A program made the translations under genes and the position numbers. From contig JBDTRM010000046.1 of assembly GCA_039931675.1 (NCBI GenBank), forward strand, positions 310 through 64,309: 64,000 bases of DNA, in the 5' to 3' direction. A model generated the notes under the pieces. The model ran no database searches, was not told where the DNA came from, and worked only from the letters and a program-made list of their open reading frames with translations. This DNA comes from Bacteroidia bacterium (GTDB lineage Bacteria > Bacteroidota > Bacteroidia > AKYH767-A > OLB10). This document shows positions 9,777 through 17,129 of the stretch, piece by piece (the first letter of the stretch is position 1; each line of letters opens with the position of its first letter).

Positions 9777-10676
9777 ATGAAACAAACAATCATTTTTACA
9801 ATCTTGCTCGCAGGACTATTTCAGAGTGCAGCGGGACAAGACTTCAAACAACAGTTCGATGATTTATGCAAAAAAAAAGACACTGCCGGAGAAGAGAAAT
9901 TACTTGCTCAATGGCAGGACAAAAAACCTAACGATCCTGAACTGTATGTTGCATATTATAACTTTTATGTTCAGAAAAGCATGAAAGAAATGATTGGACT
10001 TGAACAACAACAGAAAGGTGAAAATTCTCTTGAGTTAAAAGACTCAGCCGGAAAAGTTGCCGGCTACATGAATGACATGGTTGTGTATGATGACAAGTAT
10101 TTAAGAAAGGGATTTGAATATATTGATAAGGGCATTGCAATGTTTCCAAACAGGCTTGACATGCGATTCGGTAAAATTTATATTCTTGGGAAAAATGAAA
10201 ATTACAAAGATTTTACGGACGAAATAATTAAGACGATTGAATATTCAAACAAAAATAAAAATGCCTGGCTGTGGACAGACAATAAGCCACAAGATGAACC
10301 GAAACAATTTATGTTGAGTGCAATTCAGGATTATATCCTGCAATTATACGACACCGGAGATGATACGTTACTTGACAACATGAAAGGAATTTCGGAGGCA
10401 GTTCTTAAATATTATCCCGACCATGTTGAAAGTCTTTCAGACTTATCAATTGTTTACATGTTAAACAAAGAGTATGACAAAGCTCTTGAACAATTATTAA
10501 AAGCTGAAAAAATTGCACCAACTGACTGTATTGTTCTTAATAACATTGCAGAAGCCTATAAGAGAAAAGGCGACAATGCAAATGCTATAACTTATTACGA
10601 AAAAATTTTGAAGCATGGTGATAAAGAAGCCAAAGCAGCAGCACAAAAACAGATAGACAAACTGGATAAGAAATGA
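9777..10676 (+). CDS. secreted TPR-repeat protein
   Basis: Signal peptide; C-terminal TPR-like helices (NNIAEAYKRKGDNANAITYYEKIL). Confidence 0.65.
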   Translation: MKQTIIFTILLAGLFQSAAGQDFKQQFDDLCKKKDTAGEEKLLAQWQDKKPNDPELYVAYYNFYVQKSMKEMIGLEQQQKGENSLELKDSAGKVAGYMNDMVVYDDKYLRKGFEYIDKGIAMFPNRLDMRFGKIYILGKNENYKDFTDEIIKTIEYSNKNKNAWLWTDNKPQDEPKQFMLSAIQDYILQLYDTGDDTLLDNMKGISEAVLKYYPDHVESLSDLSIVYMLNKEYDKALEQLLKAEKIAPTDCIVLNNIAEAYKRKGDNANAITYYEKILKHGDKEAKAAAQKQIDKLDKK

Positions 10677-10711
10677 CTATACATGCCACCTCGCTCAAGC
10701 AATCCTTCTGC

Positions 10712-10782
10712 CATTTCACAAAACCCTCAAACCTTTAACTTAAGCCTGTTGCAATGATGAAAGTATTGATTGATTTGTTAGG
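10712..10782 (+). repeat. array-1 element copy R1 (long form)
   Basis: catttcacaaaaccctcaaacctttaac...TTGCAaTGATGAAAGTATTGATtGATTTGTTaGG; near-identical long form at R8. Confidence 0.9.
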
Positions 10783-10791
10783 AACAGTAAC

Positions 10792-10824
10792 AGATTTGAT
10801 AACTTTTAGAAAGTTGTCAAATCT
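10792..10824. repeat. 15-bp-stem palindrome AGATTTGATAACTTT-tag-AAAGTTGTCAAATCT
   Basis: Inverted repeat with one G-T position; a closely related palindrome lies at 37204-37237. Confidence 0.7.
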
Positions 10825-10866
10825 ATCATACAATAAAGACATTGCAGTTTTTGATGCAAGCATATA

Positions 10867-10896
10867 TTGTATATAAGAACCTTTCGATTATGTTTG
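10867..10896 (+). promoter_or_regulatory. candidate Bacteroidota promoter (TTG-N19-TATGTTTG)
   Basis: Matches the -33 TTG / -7 TAnnTTTG architecture, 16 nt before the 10912 start. The 16-mer TTTCGATTATGTTTGT is also present at 9718-9733 upstream of the TPR gene. Confidence 0.45.
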
Positions 10897-10911
10897 TTCG
10901 GGTAATAACAT

Positions 10912-12219
10912 GTGATATACTATTTTAAACAACCAACAGTGCGACTGATAACGTACACATTAATTCTAACCTTTTTAATTACTATGACTTTGTCCGGACA
11001 GACAAAGACAGTGAAGACCGGCGTGTATTTTGATACCGACAAGTTTGACCTTAGGGGTGAAGGCAAACAAACTATTGATAACACATTCGACACTTTACAA
11101 AATGTTGTGCTTACTAAAATTGTTTTGACAGGCAACACTGATAATTCAGCAGACAGTTTGTATAACCTCAAACTTTCTGACAACAGAGTTGAGGCAGTTA
11201 ATACTTACCTGCTGACAAAAGGAATAAATCAATCTATTATTTCAACGGATTATTTCGGAGAAGAAAAACCAAAAGCTACGAATGAAACAGGTGAAGGGAA
11301 ACAAATAAACCGAAGAGTTGACATTTTAATTTTCTATAAGACGGAAGTAATTCCCAAACAAACCATTGCAGTTGACACAATTCCTAAACAGATTTTGAAA
11401 ACCGACACCTGTAAAAGCGACACTACAATTATACTTCCCGAGGGAACGCAGGTAGTTTTTAATCGCTGTGAGTATTTTGAAATAAAAGAGTGCGTTGAGT
11501 TTACCGAAACAAATAATCCGCAAGCGATTTTAGTTAACGGACTTTCATTAATGGACACCAGCGGTTTTCCGATTGCAAGTTGCGGCATGTTAAGGGTTAC
11601 TCTAAAGCCGGGTTGCACAAACAGGGAATGTTTTAAAGTTCCTGTAAAAGTCCGCTTCCCTGTTCCTGAAGATAAAGAATGTGATTATTGCGGGCGGGAT
11701 GCAAACCTGTATGATATTACAAATAATGGTTTGTGGGTTCAAACTCCGCAAAGCAAAAAAACAGAAGTGAAACTGGTGAAAGTACGTGGACAAATGTTTT
11801 ATCAATTTGAATTGTTTTGCCCTAACGGTTGGAATAATTGTGACTGTAAAATCAAATGGAAAAAGGTAAAATTTAAAACTAAACATTCTTCCCGGATTAT
11901 AACTTTAAAAGTAACCAATGACTGCCCTGCCACTGTTTTTGAGTTTAAGCCAAAAGCAAGAAAGAATATTGCAATTGCAAAAATACCCTGTAGGAAAGGA
12001 AATAAAACAGTAATCGCAACAATCGTCAACAGCAAAGGAGATACTTTGATTTTAAAGCAACAACTATTGAATGACCTACCAAAGCGAACTGCATTTTCCA
12101 AGTGTGAAAAAATAAAAGGTGAAACAATCGGCAAATGGCTTGGTGTTTTCCCGATTGCAAAACGGGAACTATATCGCAAGTATATTATCAAAACTAACCT
12201 GCTTACAAAACAAGAATGA
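10912..12219 (+). CDS. OmpA-like domain protein with Cys-rich C-terminal region
   Basis: VYFDTDKFDL...LTGNTDNSADSLYNLKLSDNRVEAV...INRRVDILI is an OmpA C-terminal-like fold. GTG start is uncertain. Confidence 0.7.
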   Translation: MIYYFKQPTVRLITYTLILTFLITMTLSGQTKTVKTGVYFDTDKFDLRGEGKQTIDNTFDTLQNVVLTKIVLTGNTDNSADSLYNLKLSDNRVEAVNTYLLTKGINQSIISTDYFGEEKPKATNETGEGKQINRRVDILIFYKTEVIPKQTIAVDTIPKQILKTDTCKSDTTIILPEGTQVVFNRCEYFEIKECVEFTETNNPQAILVNGLSLMDTSGFPIASCGMLRVTLKPGCTNRECFKVPVKVRFPVPEDKECDYCGRDANLYDITNNGLWVQTPQSKKTEVKLVKVRGQMFYQFELFCPNGWNNCDCKIKWKKVKFKTKHSSRIITLKVTNDCPATVFEFKPKARKNIAIAKIPCRKGNKTVIATIVNSKGDTLILKQQLLNDLPKRTAFSKCEKIKGETIGKWLGVFPIAKRELYRKYIIKTNLLTKQE

Positions 12220-12262
12220 ACCCAGTTGCATTGAGGAAAGTATTGATAGATTTGTTCGTGGG
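12219..12262 (+). repeat. array-1 element copy R2
   Basis: TTGCATTGAgGAAAGTATTGATAGATTTGTTcGtGGG, starting at the stop codon of the preceding gene. Confidence 0.9.
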
Positions 12263-12282
12263 ATTTAATATTATAGAATAAC

Positions 12283-12888
12283 GTGCAACAAAAAATAAAC
12301 ATAAGACTTATTGATAAGATAAAAAAACCTGCGGTGGGAAATAATGTTTCAAGTAAAATTATCAGATTCATTCTTTACCCCATTTATATTATAATTGGAA
12401 TAATTTATCTCTTTTTAGTTATGATTTTTGGTTTGTTTCAAAAGCTCGTAATCACAATTATAGGCAGAAATAAAAAGGAAAGTGATAACAATACAATCTC
12501 TAATGAAATGCAATGGGTAACCTGGACAAAGATTAACGAGATATTGATAGATAGAAAATACATGGGAGAGTTAAGCATGTCAGGCCCGATATGTTTTAGC
12601 ATAAAAACAAAACCAAGAATAATAGATTTAGAAAACATTGCTTTTGGAGATTGGTTCTTTCCTCATAACAATGGAATATTTTTACAAAAATGGAATTCTA
12701 CAGATAAAGCAGATTCAGATTTACTTTTTTTTAATGCTGAAAGTTTTAAGATTAGAACAGTCGAAAAAAACATATCATCTGTAAGTTGGAACATAGTTGA
12801 ATTGGAAGATAAATCATTACAATTAAATTGTGAGACAGACGAAAACATCTTGATTTTTAAAATTGAAATGACAACCCCATTGCATTGA
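12283..12888 (+). CDS. hypothetical membrane-anchored protein
   Basis: 201-codon ORF with one N-terminal TM segment; start (GTG) uncertain. Confidence 0.5.
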   Translation: MQQKINIRLIDKIKKPAVGNNVSSKIIRFILYPIYIIIGIIYLFLVMIFGLFQKLVITIIGRNKKESDNNTISNEMQWVTWTKINEILIDRKYMGELSMSGPICFSIKTKPRIIDLENIAFGDWFFPHNNGIFLQKWNSTDKADSDLLFFNAESFKIRTVEKNISSVSWNIVELEDKSLQLNCETDENILIFKIEMTTPLH

Positions 12889-12915
12889 TGAAAGTATTGA
12901 TAGATTTGTTGGGGG
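12870..12915 (+). repeat. array-1 element copy R3
   Basis: TTGCATTGATGAAAGTATTGATAGATTTGTTGGGGGG, overlapping the stop of the preceding ORF. Confidence 0.9.
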
Positions 12916-12953
12916 GAAATAAAGATATTAAGCACTATTTTAAAAAAACGAAT

Positions 12954-13406
12954 ATGACAGACCAAATAATAATTACAAAACCAAATCTTGGAAAACGCAT
13001 TACCGCAGGGTTCATTGACTATGGAATAATTTTTTTGCTATTTTTTGTACTGATTTATTTTTTTGGAGTACATACTGAAGATAAAGGTTATACTTTAACC
13101 GGACTACCTGCAATTGGACTGATGCTATTTTGGTTTCTATATACAATTGGTGCAGAACAATTATTTGGAGCCACACTTGGTAATTACCTTGAAAATCTTG
13201 AAGTAATTTCTATACTTGACAATCAACCTTCGCTTACATTTGGACAATCATTTAAGCGTCATTTGCTTGATTTAATTGATATTTGGCTATTTGGTGTTTT
13301 GGCAATTTTGTTCATTAAAAACACAAAATATAACCAACGACTTGGCGACATTTGGGCAAGGACAATTGTAGTTGACACTATGGACCAGTCACAAGGGTTT
13401 CAATAA
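12954..13406 (+). CDS. RDD-family membrane protein
   Basis: KRITAGFIDYGIIFLLFF... plus C-terminal RLGDIWARTIVV is typical of the RDD domain. Start placed at MTDQ, downstream of the repeat-encoded ATG. Confidence 0.65.
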   Translation: MTDQIIITKPNLGKRITAGFIDYGIIFLLFFVLIYFFGVHTEDKGYTLTGLPAIGLMLFWFLYTIGAEQLFGATLGNYLENLEVISILDNQPSLTFGQSFKRHLLDLIDIWLFGVLAILFIKNTKYNQRLGDIWARTIVVDTMDQSQGFQ

Positions 13407-13430
13407 AATAATCATTTTTAATCAACCTTG

Positions 13431-13504
13431 CTCTTTCCAAAACTCTCAACCCTATAACCTAACCCTATTGCATTGATGATAGTATTGATAGATTTGTTGG
13501 GAGG
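13431..13504 (+). repeat. array-1 element copy R4 (long form)
   Basis: ctctttccaaaactctcaaccctataacc...TTGCATTGATGAtAGTATTGATAGATTTGTTGGGAGG. Confidence 0.9.
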
Positions 13505-13562
13505 AATAAATTAAGTTTATCTTATTTAATAAATTATAAAAGGTAGCACAAATTAAAATACA

Positions 13563-14378
13563 ATGGTGATAATTACTAGACATTCCTTGTGCAGTTTTTC
13601 GGTTATGCTTCTATTGCTACTAAATAATTGTTTCGCACAATCAGGTATTTATAAAATCAGTGGAACGGTTTATAATAAGGCTGAGGGGCCAAATGCAGTA
13701 TTGGAGAATGCGAGTGTTGAATTATTAGTTTCAGATAGTGTCCATTATGAAACAAAAACGGATTCTATTGGACATTATACATTGGAGCATCTAAAACTAC
13801 TGCCGAATAAAATTTATTCTTTGGCATGCACCTACATAGGCTATCTCACTTATTACGAAAAGATTAATGTCGAAGAAAATAATCTTTTTGATGAATTTAA
13901 AGTTGACTTTAACACTCACCTAATAATTTGCAAATGGCATATGGGTTTGTCAGAACATCTTCCTAAAAGAATGTTTTCAAAATCTTCTTACAAACCAACA
14001 AATGCCTTGAAGAAAGGCTTAAAGAAAGAAGCAGGTGAACTGGACGAAAATCCAACTTTGACGATTCTAATAAGTGGACATATAGATTATGATGAAACAA
14101 TTCAAGGAGATACAATGTTGGCTTACAACCGAGCATTGGCAGTTAAAAAAATTTTAATTGGTTATGGCATTGAAGAAAAAAGATTAGCCGTCAGGAGTTT
14201 GGGAATTACCAAACCTTATACCATGTCGGAAGATACGCTTGAATTAAAAAAAGGAATGGTTTTAAATTATGAACTTATACAATCTCTTCATTCCCAAAAA
14301 AATGTTGATTTAGGTCATCAGCTAAACCGAAGAATTTCTTTTGAAATTGTAAGAACTGACTACGTGCCTTATGAATAA
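13563..14378 (+). CDS. CarboxypepD_reg-like plus OmpA-like domain protein
   Basis: Signal peptide; YKISGTVYNK...ASVELL beta-sandwich start; C-terminal LISGHIDYDE...AYNRALAVKKIL...NRRISFEIV OmpA-like. Confidence 0.65.
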   Translation: MVIITRHSLCSFSVMLLLLLNNCFAQSGIYKISGTVYNKAEGPNAVLENASVELLVSDSVHYETKTDSIGHYTLEHLKLLPNKIYSLACTYIGYLTYYEKINVEENNLFDEFKVDFNTHLIICKWHMGLSEHLPKRMFSKSSYKPTNALKKGLKKEAGELDENPTLTILISGHIDYDETIQGDTMLAYNRALAVKKILIGYGIEEKRLAVRSLGITKPYTMSEDTLELKKGMVLNYELIQSLHSQKNVDLGHQLNRRISFEIVRTDYVPYE

Positions 14379-14385
14379 AAAGCCG

Positions 14386-14436
14386 CTTTAACCCAACCCT
14401 GCTGCATTAATGAAAGTATTGATAGATTTGTTGGGA
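14386..14436 (+). repeat. array-1 element copy R5
   Basis: cTGCATTaATGAAAGTATTGATAGATTTGTTGGGAG. Confidence 0.9.
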
Positions 14437-14480
14437 GAAATAAATATATGAACCTAAAATAGAATAGTATTAAACAATAC

Positions 14481-15200
14481 ATGAGGATACAAATTTTTAT
14501 TCTTACTCATTTATTTTCTGTGACATCGCTTTTCGGTCAGGCACAACAAACGAAAACATTTGAGACGGAAGTTTTATCTCATGACAAAACAAAAGAAATC
14601 TTCAATGATAAGGTAAAGACAAAATTCAATATCAGCTACCCTATCTTCAAAGTTTACAGCTACAAAGACAAGTCAGGTGAATTTTATTTAGTGCTTACAG
14701 AAAGTAATGATAGCATCACAATTGACAAAGACACGCTTCATAGCAATATCAAAGCATTTAATCTTATTAAGTCAAATACAGGTCTTGTAAAAAAGTGGGA
14801 GATAAATGACTTTAAGATAAAACAAATTAATAATGAAGGTCTTGAAACATCAATTTCGTTCTTGACAAAATATTGCGAGTTTCAGGATATTGATAACGAC
14901 AATATAATTGACCCCATTTTAGTTTACGGCTCAGCGGGTATAAATGGATATGGTGACGGAAGAATTAAAATATTGATTTTCTATAAAGAACAAAAGATTA
15001 CCATTCGTCATCAAAATGGTATTCTTGACTTTTGGAGAAATACTAAAGTTGATAAAGCATTTTACTCTTTACCTTTAGTATTGCAAAATCATGTAAAAGA
15101 CTTAATGCAAAAAATGGTTGGCAGCGACCTTACTAATTTTCCTGATGGTTGGCAGGATGCAATGAGTAAACACAAACTATATTTTGACGAGAACAAATAA
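14481..15200 (+). CDS. hypothetical secreted protein
   Basis: 239-codon ORF with signal peptide (LFSVTSLFGQA). Confidence 0.55.
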   Translation: MRIQIFILTHLFSVTSLFGQAQQTKTFETEVLSHDKTKEIFNDKVKTKFNISYPIFKVYSYKDKSGEFYLVLTESNDSITIDKDTLHSNIKAFNLIKSNTGLVKKWEINDFKIKQINNEGLETSISFLTKYCEFQDIDNDNIIDPILVYGSAGINGYGDGRIKILIFYKEQKITIRHQNGILDFWRNTKVDKAFYSLPLVLQNHVKDLMQKMVGSDLTNFPDGWQDAMSKHKLYFDENK

Positions 15201-15222
15201 AAACCCCGATAACGGATCGGTG

Positions 15223-15594
15223 ATGGTGACTGACAAATACAACTTCTTATCTTACGATGAGTTATTTGATGCAATTGAAAATGATTTATCAGACAATAAA
15301 TTCAAAGCATTAGCTCAACTTTTAATGAGTGCAGTTACCGACTGGCATGCATTGAATTTACGAGAACCCAAAAACCTAATCATAGAATTAAAAAAAGAAA
15401 TCAATAACAAATTAACCTTTGACAGTATTGAAGGTTATTTAAAAAAACTTAAACCCTCTCATCACGCATGGAAAATGGAAGCAATTAGTGCATTACTTGA
15501 AATGTTTGACTTTGAAAGGAAAAACTTATTTGACATGAATATTGAACTTCCTGAAATTATCGAGCGCGTAACGCAACATTATAGGCAGAAATAA
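15223..15594 (+). CDS. hypothetical cytoplasmic protein
   Basis: ORF 15184..15594 trimmed to the internal Met MVTDKY to remove overlap with the upstream gene. Confidence 0.45.
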   Translation: MVTDKYNFLSYDELFDAIENDLSDNKFKALAQLLMSAVTDWHALNLREPKNLIIELKKEINNKLTFDSIEGYLKKLKPSHHAWKMEAISALLEMFDFERKNLFDMNIELPEIIERVTQHYRQK

Positions 15595-15610
15595 AATAGA
15601 ATTTATCTTC

Positions 15611-15686
15611 TCTTTTCCCAAATACCATCAAACCCTTAACGCAAGCTTGTTGCATTAATGAAAGTATTGATAGATTTGTTGGGGAG
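15611..15686 (+). repeat. array-1 element copy R6 (long form)
   Basis: tcttttcccaaataccatcaaacccttaac...TTGCATTaATGAAAGTATTGATAGATTTGTTGGGGAG. Confidence 0.9.
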
Positions 15687-15747
15687 AAACCTACTAACCC
15701 AAATTCAGAAAACTTTTTCGCTACCTTTGACTTATAAAAATTATATC

Positions 15748-15951
15748 ATGTTGATAGAAAGAACATCAAGCGAAGTGATCATCCGGCTTCCATCTTATGT
15801 GGACACAGAAGGCTTACAGCAGCTTGTAGATTATTTGAGCTACAAGGAAGCAACTGCAAAGTCAAAGGCAAAGCAATCTGATGTTGACAAACTTGCTAAG
15901 GAAGTAAAGAAAGGTTGGTGGACTAAAAACCGTAGCCGGTTTATAAAATGA
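15748..15951 (+). CDS. putative antitoxin partner of the PIN-domain toxin
   Basis: 67-aa protein (MLIERTSSEVIIRLP...) 6 nt upstream of a PIN gene. Start placed downstream of the repeat-encoded ATG. Confidence 0.5.
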   Translation: MLIERTSSEVIIRLPSYVDTEGLQQLVDYLSYKEATAKSKAKQSDVDKLAKEVKKGWWTKNRSRFIK

Positions 15952-15957
15952 TGGCTG

Positions 15958-16431
15958 ATGGCAACCAAAAGGAAAAAACATAAAGTCATTAAAATAATAA
16001 TTGACACCAATATTATTTTCAGTGCACTGCTTAACACCAACGGAACCATAGGCGATCTGCTTTTCAACTCATATAACCATTTTGAATTTTACAGTTGCAG
16101 TTACATGCGATACGAAATAGAAAAGCATCGCGAAAAACTAAAACGCATTTCTAAATTATCAGACACTGAACTTGAAGAAGCAAGATTTAAAATTTTTGAC
16201 CAAATCAATTTTATTAACGAAGAACTTATTCCCGCAAAAACCTGGCTTGCAGCAGAAGAAATAACAAAGGAAATTGATATTGATGATTCAGATTTTGTTG
16301 CATTGACAAAATATCTTAAAGGTTATTTATGGACAGGTGATAAAGAACTTTACAACGGACTAACAAAGAAAAACTTTAAAAGCGTTTTCAATACATCAGA
16401 ACTTATTGCTTTAAGGAAGGCAAAAAAATAA
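15958..16431 (+). CDS. PIN-domain (VapC-like) toxin
   Basis: IIIDTNIIFSALL N-terminal acidic motif, later D/E residues (DDSDFVAL...TGDKEL). Confidence 0.7.
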   Translation: MATKRKKHKVIKIIIDTNIIFSALLNTNGTIGDLLFNSYNHFEFYSCSYMRYEIEKHREKLKRISKLSDTELEEARFKIFDQINFINEELIPAKTWLAAEEITKEIDIDDSDFVALTKYLKGYLWTGDKELYNGLTKKNFKSVFNTSELIALRKAKK

Positions 16432-16437
16432 ATTGAA

Positions 16438-16483
16438 CGTAAGCCTGTTGCATTGATGAAAGTATTGATAGATTTATTGGGGG
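16438..16483 (+). repeat. array-1 element copy R7
   Basis: TTGCATTGATGAAAGTATTGATAGATTTaTTGGGGGG. Confidence 0.9.
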
Positions 16484-16516
16484 GATTAATCATGCAAATC
16501 TTATTATCAAAATAAC

Positions 16517-16942
16517 ATGAAAACATCGTATCTGATATTCTTAAATTTTCTAATATTTTTTAAAATAACGAATGGTCAAAATATATCCAATCAAAAAAAG
16601 AACATAAAATCACATTATAAAAAAGAGAATATTATTGATGTAAGAAAAGCATTACAAGGAAAATGGGTTTTATCAGATAACAATGTTAATGAGTTGAATT
16701 TTTCAGGTGATACATTAATTGAAAAAACAGAATTGGGAATAGCGTATAATTTATATGCTTTAAGAAAAAAAATAGTCTTAGATGGAGATACTATCAAATT
16801 GGCAAACTACGAAACAGCTTTATATTATGGTCCTCAAAATAAAGAATTACAATTGGTTTATATAATAGAAAATGTTACTGACAGTGTTTTGTCATTAACC
16901 TCTCCATATAGTAACCAGAATGCACTTTATGTTAGGAAGTAA
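16517..16942 (+). CDS. hypothetical small secreted protein
   Basis: 141-codon ORF with signal peptide. Confidence 0.5.
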   Translation: MKTSYLIFLNFLIFFKITNGQNISNQKKNIKSHYKKENIIDVRKALQGKWVLSDNNVNELNFSGDTLIEKTELGIAYNLYALRKKIVLDGDTIKLANYETALYYGPQNKELQLVYIIENVTDSVLSLTSPYSNQNALYVRK

Positions 16943-16967
16943 AATGAATAGCCCTTTGCTCAACGCG

Positions 16968-17035
16968 CATTTCACAAAACCGTCAAACCTTTAACTAACC
17001 TGTTGCATTGATGAAAGTATTGATAAATTTGATGG
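16968..17035 (+). repeat. array-1 element copy R8 (long form, terminal, no gene after it)
   Basis: catttcacaaaaccgtcaaacctttaac...TTGCATTGATGAAAGTATTGATAaATTTGaTGG. Confidence 0.9.
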
Positions 17036-17051
17036 AAATACTGCTCGCGCC

Positions 17052-17088
17052 AAACCTTATAGGTTTCTAAAAACCTATAAGGTTTTTG
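17052..17088. terminator. bidirectional stem-loop terminator
   Basis: Perfect 15-bp stem AAACCTTATAGGTTT/AAACCTATAAGGTTT, 4-nt loop, T-run; lies between the array 1 end and the convergent gene. Confidence 0.7.
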
Positions 17089-17129
17089 CGGACGAAAACA
17101 GATTTGGAATCTTTGTAAAAGTTTAAAAA

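Noticed and set aside
11802-12371. 189-codon - strand ORF crossing the OmpA-like gene's 3' end and element R2
   Set aside because: It is antisense to a gene with recognisable domains and runs through a conserved intergenic repeat. It is low-complexity and hydrophobic, typical of AT-rich shadow frames. The same reasoning applies to 10920..11183, 11326..11886, 12438..12965 and 15840..16067.
12885-12953. Repeat-encoded ATG (MKVLIDLLG...) as the true N-terminus of the RDD gene, and likewise 15658 for the antitoxin
   Set aside because: The ORF track starts these genes inside the array-1 element. In the other six copies the same ATG opens only 12-40 codon dead-end ORFs. The predicted transcription start (after the TAGATTTG -7 box) also lies downstream of that ATG. 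The in-frame continuity in two cases is noted but treated as coincidental.
10712-17035. CRISPR array or integron attC sites as an explanation for the array-1 repeats
   Set aside because: Spacing is 560-1480 bp and is filled with full ORFs, so this is not CRISPR. The repeat has no imperfect-palindrome R''/L''-L'/R' structure, and the GTTRRRY/RYYYAAC cores are not paired, so it is not a classical attC. No IntI-like gene is present.
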